A stretch of 64,000 nt of DNA, taken from Takakia lepidozioides. Lineage: Eukaryota; Plantae; Bryophyta. Location of the stretch: positions 58,900,001-58,964,000 of the forward strand of contig CM060733.1 in assembly GCA_030704615.1 (NCBI GenBank), written 5' to 3'. Below are positions 23,556 through 35,600 of this stretch, in pieces. The position numbers were made by a program, and so were the translations under genes. Below the pieces are notes generated by a model. That model did not search any database, was not told the origin of the DNA, and saw nothing but the letters and a program-made list of their open reading frames with translations. Position 1 is the stretch's first letter. Every line of letters starts with the position of its first letter.

Positions 23556-23911
23556 TTTCTGGGTGGGGATAGCCCTCCAAAAATGCGGGCGTTGACGACC
23601 GCAATTTAGGATGGCTCGCACCAAAAATAAAATAATAAAATAAAAATATAGCCCTCCAAAAATGCTGTCGTTGACGACTGCAGGTCAGAACGGCTTCCAC
23701 TCACTAAAAAATTAAAAAACTACAAAAACTAAAAAACAAGCTAATTTTTTTTTTAGAAAGATCCACGGCCGTGGACGCCGACAGCTGGGACCGATTCTCG
23801 GAACTCAAGACCCCGATGACTCCCACCATAAAGGCCGCAGCCTTATGGTGAGTTTCAGAATCCTTAAATGCAGCCTAAGTGTTGACTGCATATCAGTGAC
23901 GTTGACTTTAA

Positions 23912-24520
23912 CCCTTAAACGCCCAGTAGCCCGTTTCGGGCTTTTGGGTTTACAAAAATCTGAATAACTTTTTGCATTTTCCATGGAATTGTGTGAAAAA
24001 AAAAAAATAGTGTTCTTGGATAACTGGCACACCAAGATTCATTGCCCGATTGCCTCGGATCTGCCAAGTTGCAAAGCACGCAAGCAGGGGGGTCACGATT
24101 TGATAACGGTAATTCTCATTGTTTCATTCTTCACACGTGTGTGAGAGAGGGAGAGAAACATGGGATTTTCCCAGGTTTGACCAAGTGGCAACATCACATG
24201 CATTGGCCAAATTGGATATTTTTTGGCTTGTTGGATGAGGGATCTCAAGAGGATGAAACCCTGCTAATTCGCCTCAATCCCATTTGATCCCGTCACTCAA
24301 ATCTTTAAAAAATTACTAAAAATGGATATGTCAACGGTGGCATTTTGTGGATCTGGGGCTGATTGGCCTCAAATTCGGCAGGTGGATGCAGGAGGAAGGT
24401 ACGCACCTAATGTGCGGTCAAGTTCTTTAAAAAGTTAATTTTTTGAAAGTTACACATTTTTTTCACTTAAGGGGTCATGTTTTATGAAAAAATCAAACTA
24501 TGGCACTGGGCGTTTAAGGG
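23912..24520. mobile_element. Non-autonomous piggyBac-type element, 609 bp
   Basis: Perfect 16-bp TIR CCCTTAAACGCCCAGT / ACTGGGCGTTTAAGGG, flanked by TTAA at 23908-23911 and 24521-24524. Confidence 0.9.
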
Positions 24521-24824
24521 TTAATGAAATGAAATACTTTTTGGTATACGTGCTTTCAGAGTGAACTTCACCGCATGTGACCCGCAATGTTAAAGTTTGA
24601 CGCCGAACCTGACTTTATACATTCTTGGTATATACAATTTGAGTCATGATTCACAGACAAAAAAATAGGCCTCACAAACCTTCTTCTCACATCAAGTCGC
24701 CTCAGACCAGATGCTGACTCGACCTATGTCACGTCGATTTTGCGGATATATTAGTGAAAAAATTAAAAATTAAAAAGTGACCACTTTGGCAGTTACGTCG
24801 TTTAACTTGTTTTTATTTTTAAAT

Positions 24825-27322
24825 GTTTGCTACCACCAATATCGACGGGGTCGCAGCATTTAAAAAAAAAACAAATGCATGCGACGACCTCTTGCACCTG
24901 TCACAGCGGCACAAATCTTAGAGAAGACAGATGAATATAGTTACTTTATTCGGAAATGTGGTAGGGAGGGTGCCAACGATGATTCTTCCAAAGTACATGG
25001 CATAAAGAGGAGGTCGTGTTTTGGGGACCTCCCCTATTGGAAGGTGATGCAACCTGGATACTGCATTTTTTTAACATCAATTTATTAGGATTTTTTCTGC
25101 TACTTACATATGTGCACATGTATGTCTGAATATTGTCTTCGTTCTAAAAAAGCTTACCCTCTGCACTACTCAGTATTTTCTAAACTGATGTAGCATAAAC
25201 AGTGATGTTGAACTTTCCATAAAGCCAAGAAACAAATCTGAAAAATACAGCCATGGTTACACTTGCAACATTATACCCTTGTCATCAAAACTAGAGAACT
25301 TTACAAGTCTAATATATGTATTCTAGGAGGCCCTGCTCATTTATTTCACTAACTTCATAGATTTGGTTGTCAAGAACAAAAAATCAAGGTGAGAGTTTAA
25401 GGCATACCCCCATTGAAGCAGCTTTGAAGCAGAAGTATGCAACGACCGTAGCATCCAACATAGCTTATCCCTCATGTAATGTCCAGATTAACTTCAAGAT
25501 TCAAAATTCAAATCAAGTGAAGATCCTCACCTGTCGCTCGTTCCAAAAACAAAACACCAAAGTGAGTATTAGTGAGGAAGCTCGAGCTGCATAACGGATC
25601 TTCACATTTGCTATCGATGTCAGATATGAGTTCTAAAGGCAGAAAAGATGAAGACAAAGCATGAATCAATTATAAATCTTAATAGCTAGTGGAATATGGG
25701 ACCGGGGTAGCTGCGACATGCGTCCAAGACCAGACGTTGAACAAAACAAAGCACAATGGGATTGTTGAATACTTGGAGTGAAGCCATCAGCAAAAGAATT
25801 GTCTATTCAGCCGCAAGACATGTAACTTACGCTGTCATTCCATCTGTAAGTAACCACCCTATTTTAGGACATATGGTTCTACTTGAGAATGAAAAAGAAG
25901 TTGTTAGAGAGTTTTGTGAGTAAGTGGAGCAGGAACGAGCTGCTGGTGCCACTCCAGGTAATCTGCAATTTGTGCCTTGGTTACCCCTCATGCTGTGGAA
26001 TTGGAAGTATAAACAATGAACATATGATATGGTACCCCCTTGCCACATCAATTTACTTACACCCATTTCGATAAAAATATGGATCAAGTGGACCAATATT
26101 TCACCAGCTGAATGCAGCAGATATGCTCAAGGTGCTAAAGATTGATTCAAGAGATACAAAAAAGAGTCAACAACAGTTGTTTGGCCCCTGAGGACTTTAT
26201 ATTACAAGCTGTGTGATAAGGGTGACAATCTGACGTTAAGGACAAAAAATGATCTACCTACTGGCTCAGTTAGGTCCAAGAATCATAAGAGCCAATTATT
26301 CAATTGGCACAAACCTTACATCAGGTGCAATTTTGGGTCCAGAGGAGCACCATCATCTTGCATTGGGAGTATGGCGTGGTTTGACCATTTGGTATGGTAC
26401 GTGTTGAACAATCTTATCTTGTTCTTACTTGATGATACAATCGTTCAGTGCAGACCAGGTACTATAATTTTCTGGTCTGGATAATAAAGGCAGCCAGGTC
26501 TGCTGTGTTTGCACAGCTCATATTTCAGTTGACTCGGGAGTTCATTATGGAAGCAGCGTGTGAATATGCAGCTAACCCTAAAGCCAAAATATTAATGGGC
26601 TGGGTGAAGCTAAGGGGGCCAAGTACATTGAGAGGCTTTTAAAGCCTGGTTTTTCTCATATAGCCTTCCCAAGCCGCATTTCAACAGTTACAAAAGACAA
26701 CGGAGTGAAGAGCAGACAACTCCTCATCAAGGCCGAAATGGTACCACTCGTGACAAAGGTACTCATGTACGTGGGAGGGGTCTACCTGAGAGGAGGGCGC
26801 TTTGGCCGTGGGCAACAGTCAACTCATACCTCTGACAATTCAAAGGCGATAACTAGAACTTCACATGGTGGTACTTATAATGGCAGAAAATATGAAACCA
26901 AGAGAGAATGCATTCTTGCACAGAGACAAGTATTTTTAAAAGACCATCATGGAGGGAATCAACGCGGTAGACAGGTGGAGTATCCGTTGCATCATTCCTT
27001 TACCAGTACCCTTTGATGAACGACGTAAATGCATATATAGATACATATTTTCTTTTCAATCATTTTTTATCCAGAGACAAGCGGTTTAGGCGTTGTATTG
27101 TCAAAATGAGACAATTTATATTAGTTATACGGGAATCGACGGTAACACACTTAGAAAATTAGGAAAAGTCTGAGATGACCATGGAGAGAAGCTCTGGCAG
27201 CCAATATTGACGGTCGCAACATTTTATTTAATTTATAAATGCATGCGACCGCCAATATTGACGGTCGCATGTTTTTTTAATTTTTAAAAATGCATATAAC
27301 CGTCAATATTGGCGGTCACATG
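24825..27322. repeat. GCGACCGCCAATATTGACGGTCGC palindrome array split by a 2.3-kb insert (24886-27199)
   Basis: Units at ~24830, 24876 (cut after GCGAC, resuming as GCCAATATTGACGGTCGC at 27200), 27245 and 27297. Confidence 0.8.
24886..25044 (+). pseudogene. Exon fragment of a second CACTA TnpD
   Basis: APVTAAQILEKTDEY...KVHGIKRRSCFGDLPYWK|GT aligns with the TnpD exon end at ~6456-6600 (HGMKRRSILWNLPYWK|GT), including the donor position. Confidence 0.8.
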
Positions 27323-27929
27323 TCCCTGATTGAACTGCCATTTTGATTCAGTGAAGTTTATTTTTGCAATATTGCTTCTTCATGTATAGTGGTTTACGGT
27401 TTAGTCATTTGCAGCTTTAGGTCTCTATAAAGTCACGTAAGATTAGAATTACGATAACGCTAACTATAGGCCCAGATTCAAAATCAGAGCCATAAATCCT
27501 CCAATATTAATTTTTGAAATCAACATTTTCATACTGGAACAACAAGTGTAGATGTTGTGGACTGTCATTTTTCATCAGGAAATAGTTCTCATTTTGTAGA
27601 CAAAATCGATTTGATCTAGAATGTTGTCATTGGAAGCTTTTCATGCTAAATCTTGTTGAGAACAAAGGATCAAGATAATACTTTCAATTGAACCTAAGGT
27701 TAGCAAGATCGGAGCCATAGATCATTAGATATGAATTTTTGAAAGTGACATTTTCATACTGGAGCAACAAGTGTTTATGATGCAGAAATGTTTTTTTTTG
27801 CTTATATAATTTGATCTAGTTCCTTTTGCTACTAAACTTGCTGAGTGAAGTCTTTTTTTAGTCATAGAATTAAGATTACTACAGAACTAGAAATTTGTAC
27901 TTGTGATAATGATTGCATGGATTAGGAGA

Positions 27930-29700
27930 TATTAAGTTCTAAAGAGGTCAGTATACGCTAGAAAAATTGGGAACTTAGCGGATCCCCAATCAATCGCTGA
28001 GATAGAACTATCTGAAAAAAGAAATATGAAATCGGAACCGTTTGTCACATCGTTACCTATACTACCCACATCTGCAAATTGAGATGTATGCGCGTGAGCT
28101 GGTGCGGATGGACTGGGATCAGGTTGTTGAGGATGAGAGGATGGCTTGAGATCTTGAGAGGTCACTCAATGCCCCACAGGAAGAAGTTCAATATACTGAA
28201 CAGCAGCTCGAGCGACCTGTGGATGTGTCGCCTCGCCTTCCCCCATGGTCTTGAGCAGCTTGCACATGACTTCAATAAGGGAGACTGTAGTGTGAATGCA
28301 TGGGAGTGACATTGAAATTTTTGTTGTTACTTGTTCAGATTCTGCATTTATACAAAACAGGGGCTCTGATACCAGTGGGAAGGAAGTTGAGCTATCCATG
28401 TGAGTTTATCCATTGAATGGACAGATTTTCTCCCTGATCTATCATCCCAACGATGGCGGAGTACTTCCATACTTGCCAGGTTATTTTAAGAGTTGAGAAA
28501 ATGATTTTCGCCTGAATGGAAGTAGATAAGCTATGGAAAAATGGATTTTTCATCCACCGGATGAATGAAGTTCATCCATGTTCTAGGAACATCATGGGAA
28601 CGTTTGAACGCTCAACCATGATATAGCCTAAGTCCCTGCGATTTTCATCCATGAGGATGACGTATGGCCAGGTGTGTTTTTCATTCGGGAGATGAATGAA
28701 CTTCATCTATGTGCGATGGCGGGGAATGCCCTACGGGATGTTATGAGCAGAAGAACGAGTAAGAGTGTGTGAAGCAGGGAGCGTAGGCAGGCAGGAAAAC
28801 ACTTAGTGGATTCTGCTGCGGGCAATGGAATGAGCAGGGAGAGTAGGCAGGGACACAAAAAACATATTCAACTTTGTGGCAATGCTACTGCCATCTTCTT
28901 GGTAATGATCGATTTCTGGGAAATTACCTTACGGGGAGAACGTCGTGGCATGCGGTGCAGCAGTCAATTAAGGAACGATGCTTGGTAGGGTGTGCAGCTG
29001 CAGGCGGTGCTGCATTTTTCTTTATGATGATCTGTTTCAGAAAGATCAAGTTACGGGGGAGACCACGTGGTGTGTTGTGCAAGTACAGGTGAAGGGAAGC
29101 GGTGCCGCATGACTTTATGATTCTTATTTGATGAAGATGACCTCAAAGGAGGAGCAAAGTGGGTAATGAATCGGATCACCTGTAAGATAGGGTTCGTAGG
29201 CATGTGAATATGCCGAGCAAGACAATCTGTTTATGACAAGACAGAACGAGTTCTCTGTGTTTTTTTGTTTATCTTGCTGTAGGCCTCTGATTAGAGGTAG
29301 TGATGAAGGAGATGAGGGCAGAAGGCAATGGCAGCCTGATAAATCGGGCTGCAACCAGTATGATATAAGGAAGGAAAGGGAAGCACGATAACCTAAGTGT
29401 GTGGTGTTGCCAAGGGCTATGGCAACGATGGAGTACTGGCGGGCATGACGGCTGAGCGATACCAACCTATTTATGACAATTAGATGCGGATAACATGTTT
29501 CTACCTGGTTTTGATTATAGTTTAGGCATGTAAATAGTAGTAGTGATGAAGGAAGGGGCGGAAAGGACTAGCGGTGTGGTGATCCGTGCTGCTGATCGTG
29601 GAAATTAGGGCCTGTCGAGTTGTTGAATTTATGACGGGCTGCTAAGGCGGTTGTGAAAGATTTTAGCACCATAGAGTAATGTATTATGTCTTTCGGGGTG
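27930..29700 (-). mobile_element. 5' remnant of an LTR retrotransposon (LTR end, tRNA-iMet PBS, decayed leader/gag); right boundary uncertain
   Basis: Minus strand reads ...CTTCCCA-C-TGGTATCAGAGCC (PBS at 28362-28374), followed by a stop-interrupted ORF at 28312-27932. Confidence 0.6.
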
Positions 29701-31169
29701 CGCCAATATGGCAGTGACAATGGCAGATGAGATCGAGCTGGCAGCAGAAGCGGGGAAGGGGGATGAACCGACAGATAGACATCCACCGCTTAAGGGAGAA
29801 TATAATAACAGCTAAGTGCGATGATATCAGGCTTCTTTCACTTAAGAATAGTTGTTGTTGCTTGGATTTAGGAGCTCTCAAGCAAGACTGATGTAGAAAA
29901 TAAGACTTTTGAAAATGGAATGGAGTCGGCCTGATTTCAAACCAAGGAGGATGTAGTGAGAATGAGAGATGATGTATGGGTCTAATGGAATACTGATAGA
30001 GGGCAGATGCATCCCTCCCACTGTCAGTGTGTGATGCTCTTTGCTCTTGATATACTACTTCCAGTATCATGAATCTGGTCCCACTGCTGCATTGGGCTTC
30101 TCATGTCAATTGCACATGCAATTTCGAGCATAGTAGAGTACAAACTAGCAAGGTATGTTGTCTTTTATCATAGTATATAAATTAGGGATGCTTCTGTGAT
30201 TCTGTCAGAGTAAAAGGGGTGTTACATATGCCACATACACACAGTTGAGTGATGATAGGTTAATTTCCTACAATATGTTTAGTACACCTGCATTATTAGA
30301 GAAAGATGGTTCAGCTTGGGGCAACCTGTGCATTGGAAGCTGAATACAAAAGTGGAACTTAGTGGAATGTCTGTATGGTCAATGGGGGTTTGTTTGGGAT
30401 GAGAGAAGGACTCATGTGGGAAGTGGTGATGCTTGTGCGTTCCAGGTTAAATTTCCAAGATGATTTCACTGAATATCTGGCTGGGCGAGTCGACATTGCA
30501 TGTAGATGTAGGTTGGATAATTAGAGCTGGGTACTTGTATCTGAAAGGGGAGAAAAAGGTTTTGGGAAGGGAGAGAGCATCACAGTAAAAGGGGTAATGA
30601 ATGGGATGATCAATCAATGGTGACAAAGAGGGAAAACCATGAGCTGTAAATGACTTATCAGACCTGCACTTTGTAGTAGATCCTTGATGTTTTCTCAAAT
30701 TTCGGTTGATCATCTTATAAGGGAGTTCCAGACAAGCATTGCAAGAAGTGAAATTGTCTCACGAGCTATGCATTTATCGACATAGAGTGCTGTTGGGGTC
30801 ACGTAGCATCACAACAACTTTATTGAATTTGTCAAGTATATTTTAAGTTGAATGTGTTGATCCAAAGTTCTTATACCGTTTTTAAAATAATAGCCGCCAG
30901 TACATCCTATGCATTGGAGAAAAGCTGAGGAGGCTTACGTTTTCCCGTCGTAAACGCAGAAACTGATCATTTGCACGCAATGAGCATGCCTGAAATGATA
31001 TTTTAAAATACGTACGAGTAATACATTTTACACAACAGTATTATTTTTTTATTTCGTATACAGAAGTTACAATTGATAGATATTCACCTTATCTAATGTC
31101 AAGTTAGTTGTGATAATTTGTAAGCTTGATAATTCGGACGCGGCCCGCCCGCACCATTTCTTTAATAAT

Positions 31170-31789
31170 CGAGACCTCCAGAGCTGGCAGTCCCGATCTA
31201 TTACATATGTTTAACAACTGGGACCGCCAAAACGCGAGATTTTGATTCATTAATTGTTCTTAAAAGATCGAGACTGCCAGAGTTGACGGTTCCGAGCCAT
31301 CTCCAACGATCTCAAATTATCAAGAAAACGACTTATATTTTTTTTTCTTAACAAAACTGCATAGCTGTAGCTGGCGACAAGCCGCAATGGCCAGAGTTGG
31401 CATTCCCAAATTCTCCTATTTTATTTATTTATTTTAATTGAAATGAAGACCGCCATAGGTAACGGTCCTGATTTTTTAATTTTTAAGTTTATTTTAATTA
31501 AATAAGAGAGCTCATAGATGACGGTCCGAATTTAAAATAAAAATAAAAATGTAGGACCGCCAAAAATGACAGTCCTGATTTTTTAAAAGTTTAATTTAAT
31601 ACATTAAACTCGGGACCGCCAGATATGGGTTTTAATTTCTTATATAATTAAGTTGTTTTATTAAATTTGGGACCGTCACTGGTGGCGGTTCCGATTTGTT
31701 TTTATTTTTGTGGGGCCGCCAAAGTTGGCAGTCTCGATTGTTCTAATTTTCTAAAACATTTCATTAAATTTCGAACCGCCTGAGTTGAT

Positions 31790-31824
<35 letters not shown>

Positions 31825-32120
31825 CAATAAATTTTAAAAATAAAAAAATAATTTGGGACAGCCAGGGCTGGAGGTCCTGATTTTATCCGAAAAAAGTATT
31901 ATTAAATCGGAACCGCTTGAGCTAGAGGTCCCATTTTATTATATATTTTTATAAAAATGAGGATCAGCAGAGCTGCCGGTCTTGAATTTATTAACTAATA
32001 CCTTAAAATTAGAGACAGCAAGAACTGACGGTTCGAAATTTATTAAATAATTTCTTAAAATTCGAGACCTCTAGAATTGGCGGTCCCAATTAAATTATTT
32101 TTTGAAATTTGGGACTAGCG
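31170..32120. repeat. Array of roughly 15 degenerate GGGACCGCC-AGAGTT-G(A/G)CGGTCCC palindromes with AT-rich spacers
   Basis: Units every ~45-110 bp, for example near 31171, 31270, 31447, 31554, 31669, 31855, 31908, 32011 and 32063. Confidence 0.85.
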
Positions 32121-32659
32121 ATTTTATAATTTATTACATAATGTTTTTAAACTTTGGACCACTAGATATGACATGACGGCTTACGTGTTGCGATAATGAA
32201 CTAAACAGTTAGAAATTAAATATATATATATATATATACAACGTAAAGTCAATTTTTGAGGTGACGTAATGCACGTCAAGATGTGATTTCGGACGTGTGC
32301 TATGAGCATAGTCTAGGAAAGTATTGTAAGCTTTTTTCATGGGCAAAAACCTGCAACTTAGATACTTGATGCACAGACAATTTCGACTCGAACAGTTATG
32401 AACTTTAATGTTGCCAAAATTCCATAAATCTTTCAAGAGGAGTTCAAAATCTTGCGATTATGGTGCTTAAACATAGCTTTGTTGTAGGTGACGATTTTAT
32501 AATTATCATGAAGAATTCATATAGCGGAGCTCATAAATAAGATTCCTAAGAGAGAGTCTCAAATAAGTGTCTTGTTGGACAAAGAGGAGACCATGATGCT
32601 CATGCGATCTTCACAAATATAGCCTCGACATTGATTTCCTTCATTTTTTTTAATTACAA

Positions 32660-33965
32660 TGTGCAAGCCAAATATTAACGGTCGTACCCAAATTTATTTT
32701 TCTTTAAAAAAATTCAAAACCATCATTGAATTTTAGCACAAATAGCAGCGACAGAATTCAGCGACCGATAGAATTCAGCAATCGATTCTATTTTTTTTAT
32801 TTTTTTTTCAAAGGTGATACCTAGTTGGTTTTTTTTGTTTAAAAACAACCGCTAGAATTCGGTGGTCATAAATTTTGTTTTGAAATATTTTATCTTAAAA
32901 ATAATAAAACATTTATTTTTATTATTTAATTAAATAATTTGGCGCGATTGCCAAAATTTGAAGGTCATACATATTTTATTTAAGCAAAATTGGAAGCGTC
33001 CGCCAGAATTTGACGGTGGCAATATTGTTTTACAAAACAAATTCAAACTTGATTATTTATATATATATTTTTAATAATTCTTAATTATATAAAATTGATG
33101 CGACTGCCAAATGCTGGCGGTCGCACCATTTTTTCCTTAAAAAGAATTGAAACGATGGCAAAATTCGGCGGTCGTTTCTATTTTTGCTTTAATATTGATT
33201 AAAAAATTACATACAACCGCCAATTTTTCGACGGTAACACATTTTTTTGTTTTTCTAAATTACGCGTGATCGTCAATTTCTAGCGGTCGTATGTTTTTAT
33301 TGTGTTTCAGATATAAAATATTTTTTTGGGTTATCCATGGAGGGTGAGTACGAGGACACGATCAACCTGTCATTTTTTAAAGCAGCGGGGTCGAGGAACA
33401 ACAAATGGTGTGTAAAAGTAGACTACTTCAATTGCACATTTTTCCCATAGACGACGACTAGTGTAATAGATGAGACATGACTTTTAAGAGCCTCAGGATT
33501 CACAGAAAGCTTGAGCATAAAACCGACCATTATTTCATGGACTTGTCTAAGAGCAAATCTGGTACGAAGATGCACACAAGAACATTAAGTGCATTGAAGA
33601 AGCAACAGTTTAATCGTGCATGCTCGTTGGCTTGGAAGCTCATTTTGAGTAAAGAGTGTGCTCAGGAGGCGCGAGACAAATGACGATCATGAAAGTTCAA
33701 ATCTACGTGCTACTGCTGATTTTTTTGCCGTTGCAATTTTTTTGTCCTTATTACATGCGACCGTAAAATATTGACCGTTGTATCCAATTTGTTTTAAAAA
33801 TATCACTGCGATCGTTAAATTTTACTTAAATTAGTATCGACCGATAGAATTCAGTAGTTAATTCTAATTTGTTTTTTCTAAATTAGCTGTGACAGCTGCG
33901 TTACGAAAGCCGCACCCATTTTTTTTAATAACCAAATAGAAGGGACCTCTTGAATTCGACGGTCA
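32660..33965. repeat. Array of degenerate GCGACCGCC-AGAATTC-GGCGGTCGC palindromes with AT-rich spacers, interrupted at ~33330-33720
   Basis: Units near 32665, 32761, 32846, 32944, 32997, 33099, 33150, 33214, 33267, 33757, 33838 and 33942. Confidence 0.82.
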
Positions 33966-34137
33966 CAGTTTTTGTTTTATTTTTTAAATGACTTTCTTAA
34001 GATCTTGAAATTTTCTTGAAATTTTCTTGAAATTTTCAAGGTGGAAACTCGAGAAGGATGGTGTCCGGCTAAATGTATAAAAGATTACTAACTCACGCAA
34101 GCTCCCAGAAGGTTTTGAGATTAATCTACCTTCTACA

Positions 34138-34160
34138 GTCAGGATGGCCGAGTTTGTCTA
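34138..34160 (+). pseudogene. 5' fragment of a tRNA-Leu gene (acceptor 5' strand plus A box)
   Basis: GTCAGGATGGCCGAGTTTGTCTA nearly matches the start of eukaryotic tRNA-Leu(CAA/CAG), GTCAGGATGGCCGAGT(T)GGTCTAAGG. No anticodon arm or T arm follows. Confidence 0.6.
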
Positions 34161-35159
34161 CGAGACATCCGCCAACCCACAGGTCTTGTGCAAAAGTTTA
34201 ATGTTTTAAGTACATTAGTTGTATTCAATACTACAAGAAGCCTCTATTTCGGGTACATGGCCATAACAAGAAATTGTGATGTGGTCTTATGAACTGATAT
34301 TTCAGTATTTACATAGTTACTGTATTTACTAAGGCAAAAGTGAAATTTTCAAATGGTGGCAATGAGGTCAGGCTGTGAGGGGTCAATAATTGTAGGAGAC
34401 ATACACAAGGCGATCTGTTTCAGACTCGGTGGCGTGATTTATTCCGATTTCGGTTTAGTGAATTCCATGTTATCTTGGGTGCCCTTCACTGGTCAGAGGC
34501 TTTTGTTCTGTAATCTTTTGAAACTTGTGAGCATGAGTGAATTGAATGGTTTGCATGACTGTGCCTATCGCTGAATGCATCATGTGATCGTCTGTCGCTT
34601 CGCAGTATGAGCCTTGGTTTTGATGTTGTCCGCCATAAACAAACATTGCAATGCACGGCCACCATTTACACATAACCTCAATCATATGTGCCATACATTC
34701 CATGGCGGTTTCTTCAAAAAATAAAATGAAGTTTGCAACATTTGTGGTATCCATCTGCGTTAATAGAGTTTTGGTATTCAAATACCCATTAGAAAAAAAA
34801 TTGAGGCCAAAGAAAGGCTGTCCCAACGTTCATATGTCCCCTACAGCCGCTCAAGGTGGGCAACGATTTTTAAAATGTCATTTTGCCATCGTGGCAAAAT
34901 GGGTTCCACGATGCTGTTTCCACCGTGGCAAAATGTTGCCACGGAGGATGATGTTTCCGCGGGAAGCATCGCGTTCTCGCGCTTCTCGCTTCCCTTTATC
35001 GCGCGCTTCTTCCCTCAAGCTTTCCTTGCGCGTTTCTTCTAGCAGGGTCCAATGTTGTAGGAAACGCCTGTAGGTGAGTGAGTGATCTTCATACCAGACA
35101 GATACAGCCCCTAATGTGAGGAGTCTCTTGACATTTTTGGCTTCTTCATTGTAGTTCAT

Positions 35160-35598
35160 GGATTATCAATTAATATCACAATATTTGTCTTTCATATGAC
35201 ATTTTGTTGCTAGGTGTCATGCAGTCCCGCACTTGTGACACCATGTTACCTTTCTTGGTCCTTCGTTTTTAAAATTTTCGAGAGCCTCTGTTATCTTCTG
35301 GTCCAAGGTGGTTTTATCAATCATCTCATTTTTCTTTGGTTTGGGTTTTTCTTCATCATCAGAGTCTTCTTCTTTCAAGGTGTCTTTGGAATCATTGTTT
35401 CTGCTCTGGTGGACCCCAAGTTCTAACTTCTTTGCAGTTCCTGCTGCTTCAGCCAAAGTGTTGTTGGGTAAGACTGTAACCACGGATACGTACTTACGAC
35501 GAAGTCCATTGACGAACCATGACTTCTGTAAGTCATCCCCTGGTGCTTGGTTTAACTTCATGACCAGAGTTTTCATCCTCTCTAGGTAGTCAACTATC
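35160..35598 (-). pseudogene. Gypsy gag fragment with a zinc knuckle
   Basis: VDYLERMKTL...WFVNGLR...TLAEAAGTAKKLE and CHKCGTA*HLATKC (CCHC with an internal stop). Confidence 0.75.
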
Positions 35599-35600
35599 AA

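Larger units (their letters stand above)
20097..23700. repeat. Array of about 11 copies of a ~57-bp palindrome-containing unit with AT-rich spacers, interrupted at 20318-22855
   Basis: Approximate consensus GCGATAGCCCTCCAAAAATGCGGTCGTTGACGACCGCAATTCAGGACGGCTCCCACC, with copies near 20097, 20205, 22853, 22957, 23032, 23134, 23228, 23330, 23436, 23568 and 23648. Confidence 0.88.

Noticed and set aside
24560-27362. MULE with TIRs GAGTGAACTTCAC / GTGAAGTTTATTT
   Set aside because: Only a short imperfect match and no 9-bp TSD.
29700-30800. Decayed non-LTR RT or restriction-like endonuclease (YKYP.., KPDII)
   Set aside because: Motifs are too short, lie in different frames and are surrounded by stops.
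20097-33965. True CRISPR arrays
   Set aside because: Eukaryotic context, degenerate repeats, low-complexity A/T spacers of uneven length and no cas genes.
34003-34040. Short tandem repeats (CTTGAAATTTT x3; also (ATT)n at ~23520, poly-T at ~31792 and a 23-bp duplication at ~14777)
   Set aside because: Ordinary slippage repeats with no further structure.
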